The position numbers and the translations under genes were made by a program. Of a stretch of DNA of 35,811 bases, positions 9,676-18,111 are shown one piece after another. Position 1 is the stretch's first letter. Each line of letters begins with the position of its first letter. The stretch is from Gemmatimonadota bacterium (lineage in GTDB: Bacteria; Gemmatimonadota; Gemmatimonadetes; Palauibacterales; Palauibacteraceae), in NCBI GenBank assembly GCA_039588275.1, contig JBDHAC010000034.1, positions 29,997-65,807 on the forward strand, given 5' to 3'. The notes below the pieces were generated by a model. That model was not told the origin of the DNA and did not search any database. It saw only the letters and a program-made list of their open reading frames with translations.

Positions 9676-11585
9676 GCTCGACAGAGCCTGACGCGATCCC
9701 CTCGCGGGGTTTCGTGATCGGAACCGGCGGCCACGTGGATCACGGGAAGACGGCGCTCGTGCGGGCGCTGACGGGAGTCGAGACGGACCGCTGGAAGGAA
9801 GAGCGCGAACGGGGCCTCACGATCGATATCGGATTCGCGGAGTTCCAGCTCGAGCGTGATCTCGAGACCGGGATCGTGGATGTTCCCGGTCATGAGGACT
9901 TCCTCAAGAACATGCTCGCGGGCGCGACGGGCATCGACCTGCTGTTGTTGGTGGTCGCAGCCGATGAAGGACCGATGCCGCAGACCTACGAGCATCTTGC
10001 CATCGCCGGATTGCTCGGAGTCGAGCACGGCGTCGTTGCACTCACCAAGACGGATCGAGTCGATGCGGCGTGGCTGGAGCTCGCCACGGAGGCTACAGGG
10101 GAGTTGCTGGGCGACGTGCTCGGTCACAGAGGATGGCCGATCGTGCCCGTCTCGGCCGTGACGGGCGACGGCCTCGATGCGCTACGAGAGGCACTTCGTG
10201 GCGAGATCCGCGCGACCGAGGGGCGCGAGGCCAGCGACATGTTCCGCCTTCCGGTCGATCGCTCCTTCAGCATTCGTGGAACGGGGACGGTGGTGACCGG
10301 AACCGTGTGGACCGGCGGCGTGACCGTCGGCGACCAGCTCACCGTCATGCCCGGTGGGCATGTGGCACGCGTACGGGCCCTTCAGGTGCACGGTCACACT
10401 CGGTCGCACGTGTCCGCGGGACGTCGATGTGCGCTGGCTCTGGTGGGACTGGAGCCTCCGCAGGCGCCCCGGGGCAGCGTCCTCGTCGCGGACGACAGCT
10501 GGCGTGAGTCGGATCGGCTCGGGGTCAGAGTCCGCACCCTCGAACGCCCCGGCCGCTCCCTCGAGCATGGACAGCGCATCCGCGTGTACCTGGGCACTCG
10601 GGAGACCATGGCCCGCGCCTTGTTGCAGGATAGGCGCGGACTCGCACCCGGTGCGGCGGGTTGGGCGGCGCTGGTGCTCGAGGACCCTCTCGTCGCGCGA
10701 GTCCGCGACCGTCTCGTCCTTCGCTTCTACTCTCCAGTAACGACCATCGGCGGGGGTGAGATCGCGGAGCTGCAGCCGCCCCACCGGTGGGAAGCCAGAT
10801 CGGAAGCCTGGGCATCGATCCTGGACGATGAACCGTCCGCCGCCATCCGCGCGGCAATTCGGCTGCGGGATACGGCGGGCCTTCCAATAGAGGAGGCCCC
10901 ACACGCGACCGGACATACGGCGGCGGCCGTCGCCGACGCCGGCGAAACCGACTCCGAGCTGCTTCGCATCGGAGACGCATGGTTCACCGAAGCCGCGCTC
11001 GACGAGGCTACGGCCCGAACGCTCGAGGCGGTCGAGCGACTTCAAGAGGCACACCGGCGCGCGACGGCCGTGTCCCTCAGCGCGGTACGGGCCCGGGCTC
11101 GACGCTCCAGCGCCTCGGAGCTCGTGGATGCCGCGCTCGAGGACCTGTCGCGGCGCGGAGCCATCCAAATCGATGGACCGCGCGTCTGCTTGCCCGGACA
11201 TGAGCCCCGCTTGACGCCGCCGGAACGCGATGCTCGAGAGGAGATCCTTCGAAGAATCAGGGTAGGTCGGCTTCAGCCCCCGACCGTGAACGACCTGGGA
11301 CGGGAGCTTCGGATCGACCGCGATCTGCTCGACGATCTGCTCCCGCTCCTGCAGGATGAGGGACGCCTGGTCGCGATCACGCCTGAGATCCATATCGCGA
11401 GCGAGGAGCGCGAATCGCTCATCGCCCTTGTCCGGGCCCTGCTGGCCGATGGAGAGGTCGCGCCCCCGACCCGCTTCAAGGAAGCGCTGGGCCTTTCGCG
11501 GAAGTACTTGATTCCGATCCTCGAATACCTGGACCGCGAGGGCGTTACGCGGCGAACGGGAGATGGCCGAGTGCTCGCCCGCTGA
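9672..11585 (+). CDS. selB: Selenocysteine-specific translation elongation factor
   Basis: [50 protein letters not shown], and C-terminal winged helix [25 protein letters not shown] start overlaps the recO stop (GTGA). Confidence 0.96.
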   Translation: MSSTEPDAIPSRGFVIGTGGHVDHGKTALVRALTGVETDRWKEERERGLTIDIGFAEFQLERDLETGIVDVPGHEDFLKNMLAGATGIDLLLLVVAADEGPMPQTYEHLAIAGLLGVEHGVVALTKTDRVDAAWLELATEATGELLGDVLGHRGWPIVPVSAVTGDGLDALREALRGEIRATEGREASDMFRLPVDRSFSIRGTGTVVTGTVWTGGVTVGDQLTVMPGGHVARVRALQVHGHTRSHVSAGRRCALALVGLEPPQAPRGSVLVADDSWRESDRLGVRVRTLERPGRSLEHGQRIRVYLGTRETMARALLQDRRGLAPGAAGWAALVLEDPLVARVRDRLVLRFYSPVTTIGGGEIAELQPPHRWEARSEAWASILDDEPSAAIRAAIRLRDTAGLPIEEAPHATGHTAAAVADAGETDSELLRIGDAWFTEAALDEATARTLEAVERLQEAHRRATAVSLSAVRARARRSSASELVDAALEDLSRRGAIQIDGPRVCLPGHEPRLTPPERDAREEILRRIRVGRLQPPTVNDLGRELRIDRDLLDDLLPLLQDEGRLVAITPEIHIASEERESLIALVRALLADGEVAPPTRFKEALGLSRKYLIPILEYLDREGVTRRTGDGRVLAR

Positions 11586-11603
11586 CGTCGGGCATGGATG
11601 CCC

Positions 11604-11960
11604 TCAATCGACGTGGTACAGGAACCGGCCGCAGTTCTCGCACACGTCGATGCGCCGATTCCGATCCGCCTCCGAAGCCCATGCCGTCGGAACGGCCATG
11701 AAGCAGCCATAGCAGATCCCGGTCAGCACCGGCACGACGGCTCGGTCCCCCTTGTCCGTGATCATGCGATAGCGCTGCCGCACCTCAGGACTTAGTCGCT
11801 CCTCGAGCTCGACGACTTTCTCGTCCAGCCGTCGAATCGCATCCTCCACCTCGACATCGAAGAGCTTGCTCTCGACGTCCCGTAGCGGCTCCTCGTGCAA
11901 GCCGACGCTTTGCGCGCGCAGGTCCTGGATCTCCAACAGGAGCTCGAGCTGCGGGTGCAC
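11604..11960 (-). CDS. Short coiled-coil plus C4 zinc-ribbon protein (zf-RING_7/DUF164-like)
   Basis: MHPQLELLLEIQDL...RY.......AVVPV..GICYGCFM.VP.....CENCGRFLY. GTG start 2 nt after the PTS IIA stop; 118 aa. Confidence 0.85.
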   Translation of the reverse strand: MHPQLELLLEIQDLRAQSVGLHEEPLRDVESKLFDVEVEDAIRRLDEKVVELEERLSPEVRQRYRMITDKGDRAVVPVLTGICYGCFMAVPTAWASEADRNRRIDVCENCGRFLYHVD

Positions 11961-11962
11961 GG

Positions 11963-12415
11963 CTATACGCCCTTCGACTCGAGCAGCTCGATGAACCCTT
12001 TGCCCTGCTCGAGGGCGGCGAGCTTCTCCGGCACATCGGGTTCCTTGCTGAACTGAGCGATCTTGCCCAGCACGGGGAGGTACTGGTTGGAGACCTCCAA
12101 CGGGGGCGCTACGATCAGGAAGATGTAGCGAACGGGCTTTCCATCGATCGCCTTGAAGTCGAGGCCGGACGCCTGCCGGCCGAACGCGACGCGAAGCCGG
12201 TTCACGACCAGTGAACGGCAATGTGGGATGGCGATTCCGCGTCCGATCCCGGTCGATCCGAGGTTCTCGCGGCGCTTCAGCATCTTGAACAGGATCCCCT
12301 CTGACTTTTCATCCAAGCCGAAGAGAGTCACTAGCTCCTTCAGCGCATCGTCCTTCGTCTCGGCGTTCAGATCGAGCTTGATCGTGTCGGTCGAGAAGAA
12401 ATCTCTGAGCAACAT
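11963..12415 (-). CDS. PTS IIA component, nitrogen-regulatory (PtsN-like)
   Basis: RENLGSTGIGRGIAIPHCR with the phospho-His, and DFKAIDGKPV..IFLIVAP. Strong SD GGAGGA upstream; no EIIB/EIIC nearby. Confidence 0.9.
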   Translation of the reverse strand: MLLRDFFSTDTIKLDLNAETKDDALKELVTLFGLDEKSEGILFKMLKRRENLGSTGIGRGIAIPHCRSLVVNRLRVAFGRQASGLDFKAIDGKPVRYIFLIVAPPLEVSNQYLPVLGKIAQFSKEPDVPEKLAALEQGKGFIELLESKGV

Positions 12416-12521
12416 CTATTATCTCCTCCGCCGTGGCGGGGTGGTTGACGGATCTCGGGGCCACTGTCCCGGTCACAGAGGGGCGTTTGGATGGCGCCAC
12501 CTGGGACGGGGACGCGATTCG

Positions 12522-12551
12522 AGTATACCTGGGCGGCTTCCGGACTGTCAA
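12522..12551 (-). promoter_or_regulatory. Near-consensus sigma70 promoter for the PTS IIA/zinc-ribbon operon
   Basis: Minus strand TTGACA(12551-12546)-N18-TATACT(12527-12522), about 100 nt upstream of the PTS IIA start. Confidence 0.75.
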
Positions 12552-12557
12552 AACGCG

Positions 12558-12579
12558 CCACCTGCCTCAGCGCAGGTGG
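12558..12579. repeat. Inverted repeat CCACCTGC-N6-GCAGGTGG
   Basis: Perfect 8-bp arms just upstream of the -35 box, in the divergent ptsN/ssrA intergenic region. Confidence 0.6.
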
Positions 12580-12710
12580 ATGCGAGCGGGTCAAGTGATG
12601 CCGCGGGGTGTGCTTCTTGCGCGGAACCACCTACACCAGAATCGTGTATCCTGTGACGACTCTCCGAAGGCACTCACCCTTCGGGGTGTACCATGGCTTC
12701 TTGAAAACTT

Positions 12711-13076
12711 GGGGGCGACACGGCTTCGACGCGTGAACCGGAAGCCGCGGGAGCGTGCCGAGGTGCTCGGAACCTCGAAAAACACCGGGAAAAACTTTAG
12801 CTGCCAACGACAACTTGGCGCTGGCTGCGTAAACTAGCGTAGCCCGTCCCGAGGCTTGGCCCGGCCCGAGGCCGGCCACGGGGCGACGACAAATCGGGCT
12901 GGTCACCAAAACACGCCGTGGGTGGAGGTGACGAGATCGCGGCTTCGGCCGCTCACGGCTGGTCCCGACCCGGTGGTCCGTGAACCGGCGATGGACGAGA
13001 CTCGAATCGCGGACTACGCACGTAGACACTGTGGTGGATGGGCTCGCGGACGCGGGTTCGATTCCCGCCGCCTCCA
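12711..13076 (+). ncRNA. ssrA: tmRNA (tag peptide ANDNLALAA*)
   Basis: 5' GGGGGCGACACGGCTTCGAC and 3' GCGGGTTCGATTCCCGCCGCCTCCA, with an acceptor stem carrying G3-U70. Tag ORF GCC AAC GAC AAC TTG GCG CTG GCT GCG TAA at 12803-12832. CCA is not encoded. Confidence 0.97.
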
Positions 13077-13083
13077 CTAGCAT

Positions 13084-13119
13084 CCGAGGCGCCGCTTGCA
13101 GGGCGCCTCGGCTTTTTTT
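13084..13119 (+). terminator. Intrinsic terminator of ssrA
   Basis: 10-bp stem CCGAGGCGCC/GGCGCCTCGG followed by C and T7. Confidence 0.9.
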
Positions 13120-13160
13120 GTATCCGCGCGGACAGCGCGGGCAAGTGACGAAGGGCGGCG

Positions 13161-13655
13161 ATGCTGGACGATATCAAGCGGAAACTGTCGGATGAAGCGG
13201 ATGCGTTGCTTCACGAATTGAACGTCGTGCTCCCTCGAGAGATCGAGAAGGCGGCGGCGCAGGGGGACCTGCGTGAGAACTCCGAATATTCCGCGGCGCT
13301 CGAGCGTCAAGGCTTCGTCCGCGCGAAGCTCGAGTACATTGCGCGGCGATTGTCCGCGATGGGCGAGATCGATGCGGAGAAGGTGCCCGTCGACCGCGTC
13401 GGGTTCGGTTCGCGCGTGACGGTTCGAGACGCGGCGGATGGCACCGTCGAGGAGTTCACTCTCACTCTCGGGGATCACCTGGACTTCGATAACTCGGAGA
13501 TCTCGATGGAGTCGCCGATCGCCAGGGCCCTTTTGGGGAAGCGTCCTGGTGACCGCGTCAACGCGAGCCTGCCTGTCGGCTCACGCGAGTACGAGATCCT
13601 GGAGCTCCAGACGTTGCACGAGATCCTGAAGGATGGCCGTCCGGGAGAGGCCTAG
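13161..13655 (+). CDS. greA: Transcription elongation factor, GreA/GreB family
   Basis: A.AQGDLRENSEY.AA with the acidic tip residues, V.FGS.V.V and IS.ESPIARALLGK..GD.V. Confidence 0.9.
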   Translation: MLDDIKRKLSDEADALLHELNVVLPREIEKAAAQGDLRENSEYSAALERQGFVRAKLEYIARRLSAMGEIDAEKVPVDRVGFGSRVTVRDAADGTVEEFTLTLGDHLDFDNSEISMESPIARALLGKRPGDRVNASLPVGSREYEILELQTLHEILKDGRPGEA

Positions 13656-13679
13656 CGCTCCGTCGGGGCTTTCGACCGG

Positions 13680-14660
13680 CTAAAAGACGCGGATCGGTGG
13701 GATGAAGCGCTTCGGGTCTTCCCGCAGATCCTGCAGCAGCGCGTTAAGATCGACCATCGTCCTCAACAACTCTTCGTACAGTCGCTCGTCCGTGATCAGT
13801 CTCCCGAGAGAGCCGTCCCCACGCTCGAACCTCGCCAACAGCGAGTCGGTACGGGTCGCTGAGGAGCTGAGAGCGCGGTATAGCGAGTCCGATTGCACGA
13901 GCTGCCCGAGCGTTCCGCTCCCCGATACGAGCGCGGCCGTTAGCGAGTCGAGTCCCTCCGTCGCGCTGACCAGCCGGTGGTACAGCGTGTCCTCCTGGAT
14001 GAGTCGACCCAGAAAGCCCTGACCCTCCGAAACCGGGCCAATCACCTCGTTCAGTCCCTCGCTCAGGTCCACGAGACTCCTGTACAGACGGTCGTCCACC
14101 AACATCTGCCCCAGCGCCCCCTCGCCGGTGAGCAGGCTGTCCGTCACCGCCGACAGATTTTCCGCCAATGCCGTCAGGTTCTGCACGGCGTCGGCGGCCT
14201 GACCCAGGATCTCCTGATAGCTGAGGGCCGGCGCCGCCGCGAGGGTGTCGCCTTCCGCGAGCACGGGGCGATCGGCCGATCCCGGCTCGATGTCGATCAA
14301 CCGGTCGCCGAGAAGTCCCTGCGTCCTGACCCGCGCACGGGAGTCCGATCGTACCTGCTCCCGGATCTCCACGTTGACCGCGAGCCATACGGCCACCGCC
14401 TCACCGGTGGGCGGGCGGTCTTCGGGGCTGATGAACTCGATGTGGTCGACCTGACCCGCGTTTTGACCGGCCACGTGCACGGGGGCTCCCGGAACGAGCC
14501 CCGCGGCCGATTCCATCAACGTCACCAGCCGATAACGCGTACCGAATACGTCCCCGATGTCGCCGATGAAGAAGACGCCGAGCGACAGGACGACCAGCGC
14601 CGTGAGGAGCACCAGACCCACGCGAATCTGGTCCCAGGTGACGGGCTTGGATCGTCTCAT
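13680..14660 (-). CDS. mlaD: MlaD/MCE-family protein
   Basis: N-terminal TM helix; MCE motifs AAGL.PGAPV..AG...G.V and IRSDS-like VRSDS.ARV.TQGLLGDR.IDI.PG; repeated G.G.LG.L..D..LY helical units. Confidence 0.88.
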   Translation of the reverse strand: MRRSKPVTWDQIRVGLVLLTALVVLSLGVFFIGDIGDVFGTRYRLVTLMESAAGLVPGAPVHVAGQNAGQVDHIEFISPEDRPPTGEAVAVWLAVNVEIREQVRSDSRARVRTQGLLGDRLIDIEPGSADRPVLAEGDTLAAAPALSYQEILGQAADAVQNLTALAENLSAVTDSLLTGEGALGQMLVDDRLYRSLVDLSEGLNEVIGPVSEGQGFLGRLIQEDTLYHRLVSATEGLDSLTAALVSGSGTLGQLVQSDSLYRALSSSATRTDSLLARFERGDGSLGRLITDERLYEELLRTMVDLNALLQDLREDPKRFIPPIRVF

Positions 14661-14684
14661 CGTCGACCTACGCGCGACTCGGGC

Positions 14685-15530
14685 TCAACCCAGAAAGGCG
14701 CGCACATATGGATCATCGGACGCAAACATGTCCTCGGGTGCTCCCTTGAAGATGATCTCTCCGTCGAGCAAAAGGGCGGCCTCGGTCGCAATCCGCACCG
14801 CAGAACGAATGTCGTGCGTCACGACGACCGCGCAAACCCCGAGCTCGTGTCGGAGCTTGAGGATCAGCTCATCCACGGTCCGGGTGGTGACAGGATCCAA
14901 TCCGCTCGTGGGCTCATCGAACAGGATGATCGGGGGCTCGTGAACGATGGCGCGAGCGACTCCGACCCGCTTCTTCATCCCACCGCTCAGCTCGGCCGGG
15001 AGTAGCTCGAGCACCTCACGCGGATCGAGATCCACGAATCCCAGCACCTCCATCACGCGCTCGTGGATCTCCTCATCGCTCATGTTCGTGTGCTCGTACA
15101 AGGGAAACGCCACGTTGTCGAACACGGTCAGCGAATCGAACAACGCCGATGCCTGAAAGACCATACCCATGTTCTCGCGCAGCTCCAGCACGTCGTCGTA
15201 CGAGACCGAGCAGATGTCCCGCCCCCCGACGAGGACTTCGCCCTGGTCAGGCAGGAGCAGCCGGAGAATCAACCTCAGGATGGTCGACTTGCCAGCGCCG
15301 GAGCCACCCAGAATGCATAGCGTCTCTCCGCGTGAGACGCCGAAGCTGATCCCCCGCAGCACGTGATTGTTTCCGTAAGCGAGCCATACATCGCGAAGCT
15401 CGACGGTGTGGATCCCGCCGGTGTCGTCTCGCCGCTCGGTCGCCAGCTCCTTCCGCACCTCGGAGCGCACCTCTTCGACGAAGGGATTCGGTGACCCGGT
15501 CGGTTCCCCCCTCGGTCGTTCCGGCATCAT
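14685..15530 (-). CDS. mlaF: MlaF-family ABC ATPase
   Basis: GGSGAGKST, GMVFQASALFDSLTVFDNVAFPL, PAELSGGMKKRV, DEPTSGLDP, HD. ATG overlaps the mlaE stop. Confidence 0.92.
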   Translation of the reverse strand: MMPERPRGEPTGSPNPFVEEVRSEVRKELATERRDDTGGIHTVELRDVWLAYGNNHVLRGISFGVSRGETLCILGGSGAGKSTILRLILRLLLPDQGEVLVGGRDICSVSYDDVLELRENMGMVFQASALFDSLTVFDNVAFPLYEHTNMSDEEIHERVMEVLGFVDLDPREVLELLPAELSGGMKKRVGVARAIVHEPPIILFDEPTSGLDPVTTRTVDELILKLRHELGVCAVVVTHDIRSAVRIATEAALLLDGEIIFKGAPEDMFASDDPYVRAFLG

Positions 15531-16375
15531 TCCACGAGGAGCGCGATGAGGATCTGCGTCAAAAAGTAATCCGATGCGAGAATCAGGATGGAAGACGACA
15601 CCACAGCTTGCGTCGTGGCGCGTCCCACTCCTTCTGTGCCCCCCTCCGTCCGCAGCACGTAGTAGCAACTCGTCAACGCCATGATCCCACCGAAGGCGAT
15701 GGGTTTGACGAGGCCCTGGATCAAGTCGATCGGTATGTACCTGAGGACGAACCCCGTGTCGGCCAGACTCACGTAGACGGATCGCATGTATAGATCGGCA
15801 GTGAGGTCCAGCTTCACGATCGCGATCAGCAACCCGCCAAGGATCGCGATCAGATCCGTGATGATCGTCAACAACGGCAGCATGAGGAGGGCGGCGAGCA
15901 CGCGCGGCGTCACCAGCTTGCGGACGGGGGCGACGCCCATCGTGCGAAGCGCATCGACCTGTTCCGTGACCTTCATGGCCCCGATCGCGGCCGCCATCCC
16001 GGCTCCCGCGCGCCCGGTGACCATGAGCGCCGTCAGCACGGGCCCTAGCTCGCGCACCGCGCTCGCCCCAACGAGGCGTCCGATGTAGATGGTGGCGCCG
16101 AACTGCTTCATCTCCACCGCGGATTGAAGGGCCAGCACCATTCCCGTGAACAAGCCTGTGAGGACTACGATGAACAACGATTTGACCCCGATGGTGTCCA
16201 TCTGCTGGAGAAAGTCCCGAACGTAGGCGGGCTTCGTGAACACCGTCCGGATCACCCTGCCGAGGAGAGCGAAGTACTCCTGCACCGCGAACGCGACACG
16301 GAAGATGGAGTCGCGGGTCAGGCGCGCGGCGGAACGGCTGGCGGAGGGCTGGCCCATGGCCTCGTCTTTTGACAC
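15527..16375 (-). CDS. mlaE: MlaE-family ABC permease
   Basis: RELGPVLTALMVTGRAG, MKVTEQVDALRTMG..P...LV.PR, GGTEGVGRATT.AVV. Start could be ATG 16357. Confidence 0.92.
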   Translation of the reverse strand: MSKDEAMGQPSASRSAARLTRDSIFRVAFAVQEYFALLGRVIRTVFTKPAYVRDFLQQMDTIGVKSLFIVVLTGLFTGMVLALQSAVEMKQFGATIYIGRLVGASAVRELGPVLTALMVTGRAGAGMAAAIGAMKVTEQVDALRTMGVAPVRKLVTPRVLAALLMLPLLTIITDLIAILGGLLIAIVKLDLTADLYMRSVYVSLADTGFVLRYIPIDLIQGLVKPIAFGGIMALTSCYYVLRTEGGTEGVGRATTQAVVSSSILILASDYFLTQILIALLVE

Positions 16376-16512
16376 CCTTCGGAAGTTGGTCGTATTCTTC
16401 GCGCCCGATTTCGGCGCCCGGACGGCTGGCCTCGCTTACGGCCCGGCGAGTCCCGCATGCCCGGGCGTGGCGGAGGTTACCGGCGCCGACCGACACAACG
16501 CAAGATAGCTTG

Positions 16513-17526
16513 ATGATCCCTCCGACACTCACCCCTGCCATGCTCGAGCGCCTCCTCGCCGACGCCGTCGAAGCGCGGGTGCTGGTCATCGGAGACATCA
16601 TGCTCGACCGGTACCTGTCAGGCGAGGTGGGCCGCCTCTCGCCCGAGGCGCCGGTCCCGGTGCTCCAGGCCGTTGCGCACCGCCGAGCGCTGGGTGGCGC
16701 CGCCAACGTAGCGGCGGGCGTGCGAGCCCTGGGAGCCTCGTGTCATCTGGTGGGTGTCGTGGGTGATGATGCGGCCGGAGCGCACGTGCGTCGGCTCCTG
16801 AGCCGACGGGCCATTCCCACCGATGGGCTGGTCGTGGATCCTTCCAGACCGACCACGGCCAAGCTCCGCGTCCTCGCCAGACACCAGCAGATTGTCCGGA
16901 TAGACCGCGAGTCCACGGATCCGGTGAGCGACGGTGTGGCCGAGGCGCTCCTCGAGCGGGCCACCGCGCGTCTCGCGGAGGTGGACGTTCTGGTGTTCCA
17001 AGATTACGACAAAGGGTCGTTGCGTCCCGAGGTTGCCGGTCCCCTCCTGGCCGAGGCGCGGGCGAGGGACATCGTCTCGATCGTCGATCCGAAGCTCCGG
17101 AACTTCTTCGGGTACTCCGGTTGTCACGTGTTCAAGCCGAATGGTCGGGAAGTCGCTGCCGCGATGGGGCTCGAGAGCGCGCCCGAGGCGTTCGATGAGC
17201 TCCGTGCGGTCGCGACGCAAGTGGGGTGTCGGCACCTCTTCGTGACGCTTGGCGAGCGCGGGATTCGCCTGTTGGAGGAGGGCTCCGAGGCAGTCGAGCG
17301 GATTCCCTCGCATGCCCGCGAGGTGTACGATGTCTCGGGGGCAGGAGACACGGTCACCGCGGTGCTTGCGGTCGCGTTCGCTGCCAGGGCCACGCCCTCT
17401 GAGGCGGCCGTGCTGGCGAATTTCGCCGCAGGCCTGTCAGTTGCGCGATCGGGGGCGCGCCCGGTCGGGCGCAGGGAGATCCGAACAGGCCTGGAGGGGC
17501 AGGGCAGCCCACACGGCGGGGTATGA
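16513..17526 (+). CDS. hldA: D-glycero-beta-D-manno-heptose-7-phosphate kinase (RfaE domain I)
   Basis: VLVIGDIMLDRYL.G.V.RLSPEAPVPV, LGGAANVA, DY.KG, VDPK, VYDVSGAGDTV. Start 16513 or 16540. Confidence 0.92.
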   Translation: MIPPTLTPAMLERLLADAVEARVLVIGDIMLDRYLSGEVGRLSPEAPVPVLQAVAHRRALGGAANVAAGVRALGASCHLVGVVGDDAAGAHVRRLLSRRAIPTDGLVVDPSRPTTAKLRVLARHQQIVRIDRESTDPVSDGVAEALLERATARLAEVDVLVFQDYDKGSLRPEVAGPLLAEARARDIVSIVDPKLRNFFGYSGCHVFKPNGREVAAAMGLESAPEAFDELRAVATQVGCRHLFVTLGERGIRLLEEGSEAVERIPSHAREVYDVSGAGDTVTAVLAVAFAARATPSEAAVLANFAAGLSVARSGARPVGRREIRTGLEGQGSPHGGV

Positions 17527-17570
17527 CACTCGAGCGTCCGTCGGCCAATACCGAGACAGGAGTAGAGCGA

Positions 17571-17960
17571 GTGATACAGGATCAAACCGTTGCGACGGCA
17601 GCAGCCCCGGCAGCGATCGGACCCTACTCGCAGGGCACCTGGGCCGGCGATCTGTTCTTTTCCGCCGGGCAGATCGGCCTCGACCCCGAGAGCGGCGAGT
17701 TTGTGAGCGACGACGTGGCGGGGCAGGCTCATCGCGTGTTCCAGAACTTGCAGGCGGTCCTGAGCGCCGCCGGGCTCACGAGTTCTGACGTCGTCAAGAC
17801 GACGGTCTTCCTGGCCGACATGGGCGAGTTCGGGGTCGTGAACGAGATCTATGCCGAGTATTTCGACGCGCCCTATCCCTCGCGCTCCACCGTCGAGGCC
17901 GCGCGTCTGCCGCGCGACGCGCGAGTCGAGATTGAGGTCGTGGCCCACCGCTCCGACTGA
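17571..17960 (+). CDS. ridA: RidA/YjgF-family reactive intermediate deaminase
   Basis: APAAIGPYSQ, S.GQI.LDP..G, DVVKTTVFLADM.EF..VNEIY..YF..PYPSRSTV....LP....VEIE. GTG 17571 has AGGAG 8 nt upstream (alternative ATG 17523). Confidence 0.92.
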   Translation: MIQDQTVATAAAPAAIGPYSQGTWAGDLFFSAGQIGLDPESGEFVSDDVAGQAHRVFQNLQAVLSAAGLTSSDVVKTTVFLADMGEFGVVNEIYAEYFDAPYPSRSTVEAARLPRDARVEIEVVAHRSD

Positions 17961-18015
17961 TCGGACACCGTGCGATCGTGAGGCGAACCGGGTGAACCCG
18001 CGAGCGGGAGGATAG

Positions 18016-18111
18016 GGGAGCGGATGGCGACTGGTGTCGTCTGCGGTCTTCAAAACCGTCACGGGGCGTGCAAGCGTCCTGGGTGGGTTCGATTCCCACA
18101 CGTTCCCGCCA
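18016..18111 (+). tRNA. selC: tRNA-Sec (anticodon UCA)
   Basis: 6-bp D-stem GGCGAC/GTCGTC with TGGT loop; anticodon arm GCGGT-CTTCAAA-ACCGT; long variable arm CGGGGCGT-GCAA-GCGTCCTG; T-arm GTGGG-TTCGATT-CCCAC; discriminator G plus encoded CCA; 96 nt. selB is in the same window. Confidence 0.96.

Noticed and set aside
12433..13083. ORFs across the ptsN-ssrA intergenic region and tmRNA (12433-12837 plus, 12631-13083 minus)
   Set aside because: They overlap promoters and tmRNA, have no SD or protein motifs, and are explained by the RNA gene.
13076..13161. Integrated element at the tmRNA (also checked tRNA-Sec and tRNA-Pro)
   Set aside because: No integrase, no duplicated 3' end (att site) and no composition shift; housekeeping genes follow. 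Sequence downstream of tRNA-Pro is outside the window.
14685..16706. Apparent long N-terminal extensions or fusions in the ORF track (mlaF 673 aa, hldC 535 aa, D2 757 aa, selB 721 aa, btuC 457 aa)
   Set aside because: The extensions overlap neighbouring genes in another frame, and true starts sit at stop/start overlaps.
17958..18024. ridA TGA and a second in-frame TGA (17979) share the frame of the DUF5683-like ORF, suggesting a Sec read-through fusion
   Set aside because: RidA is complete at its stop, no convincing SECIS hairpin follows, the intervening peptide has no redox motif, and TGA is the commonest stop in GC-rich DNA.
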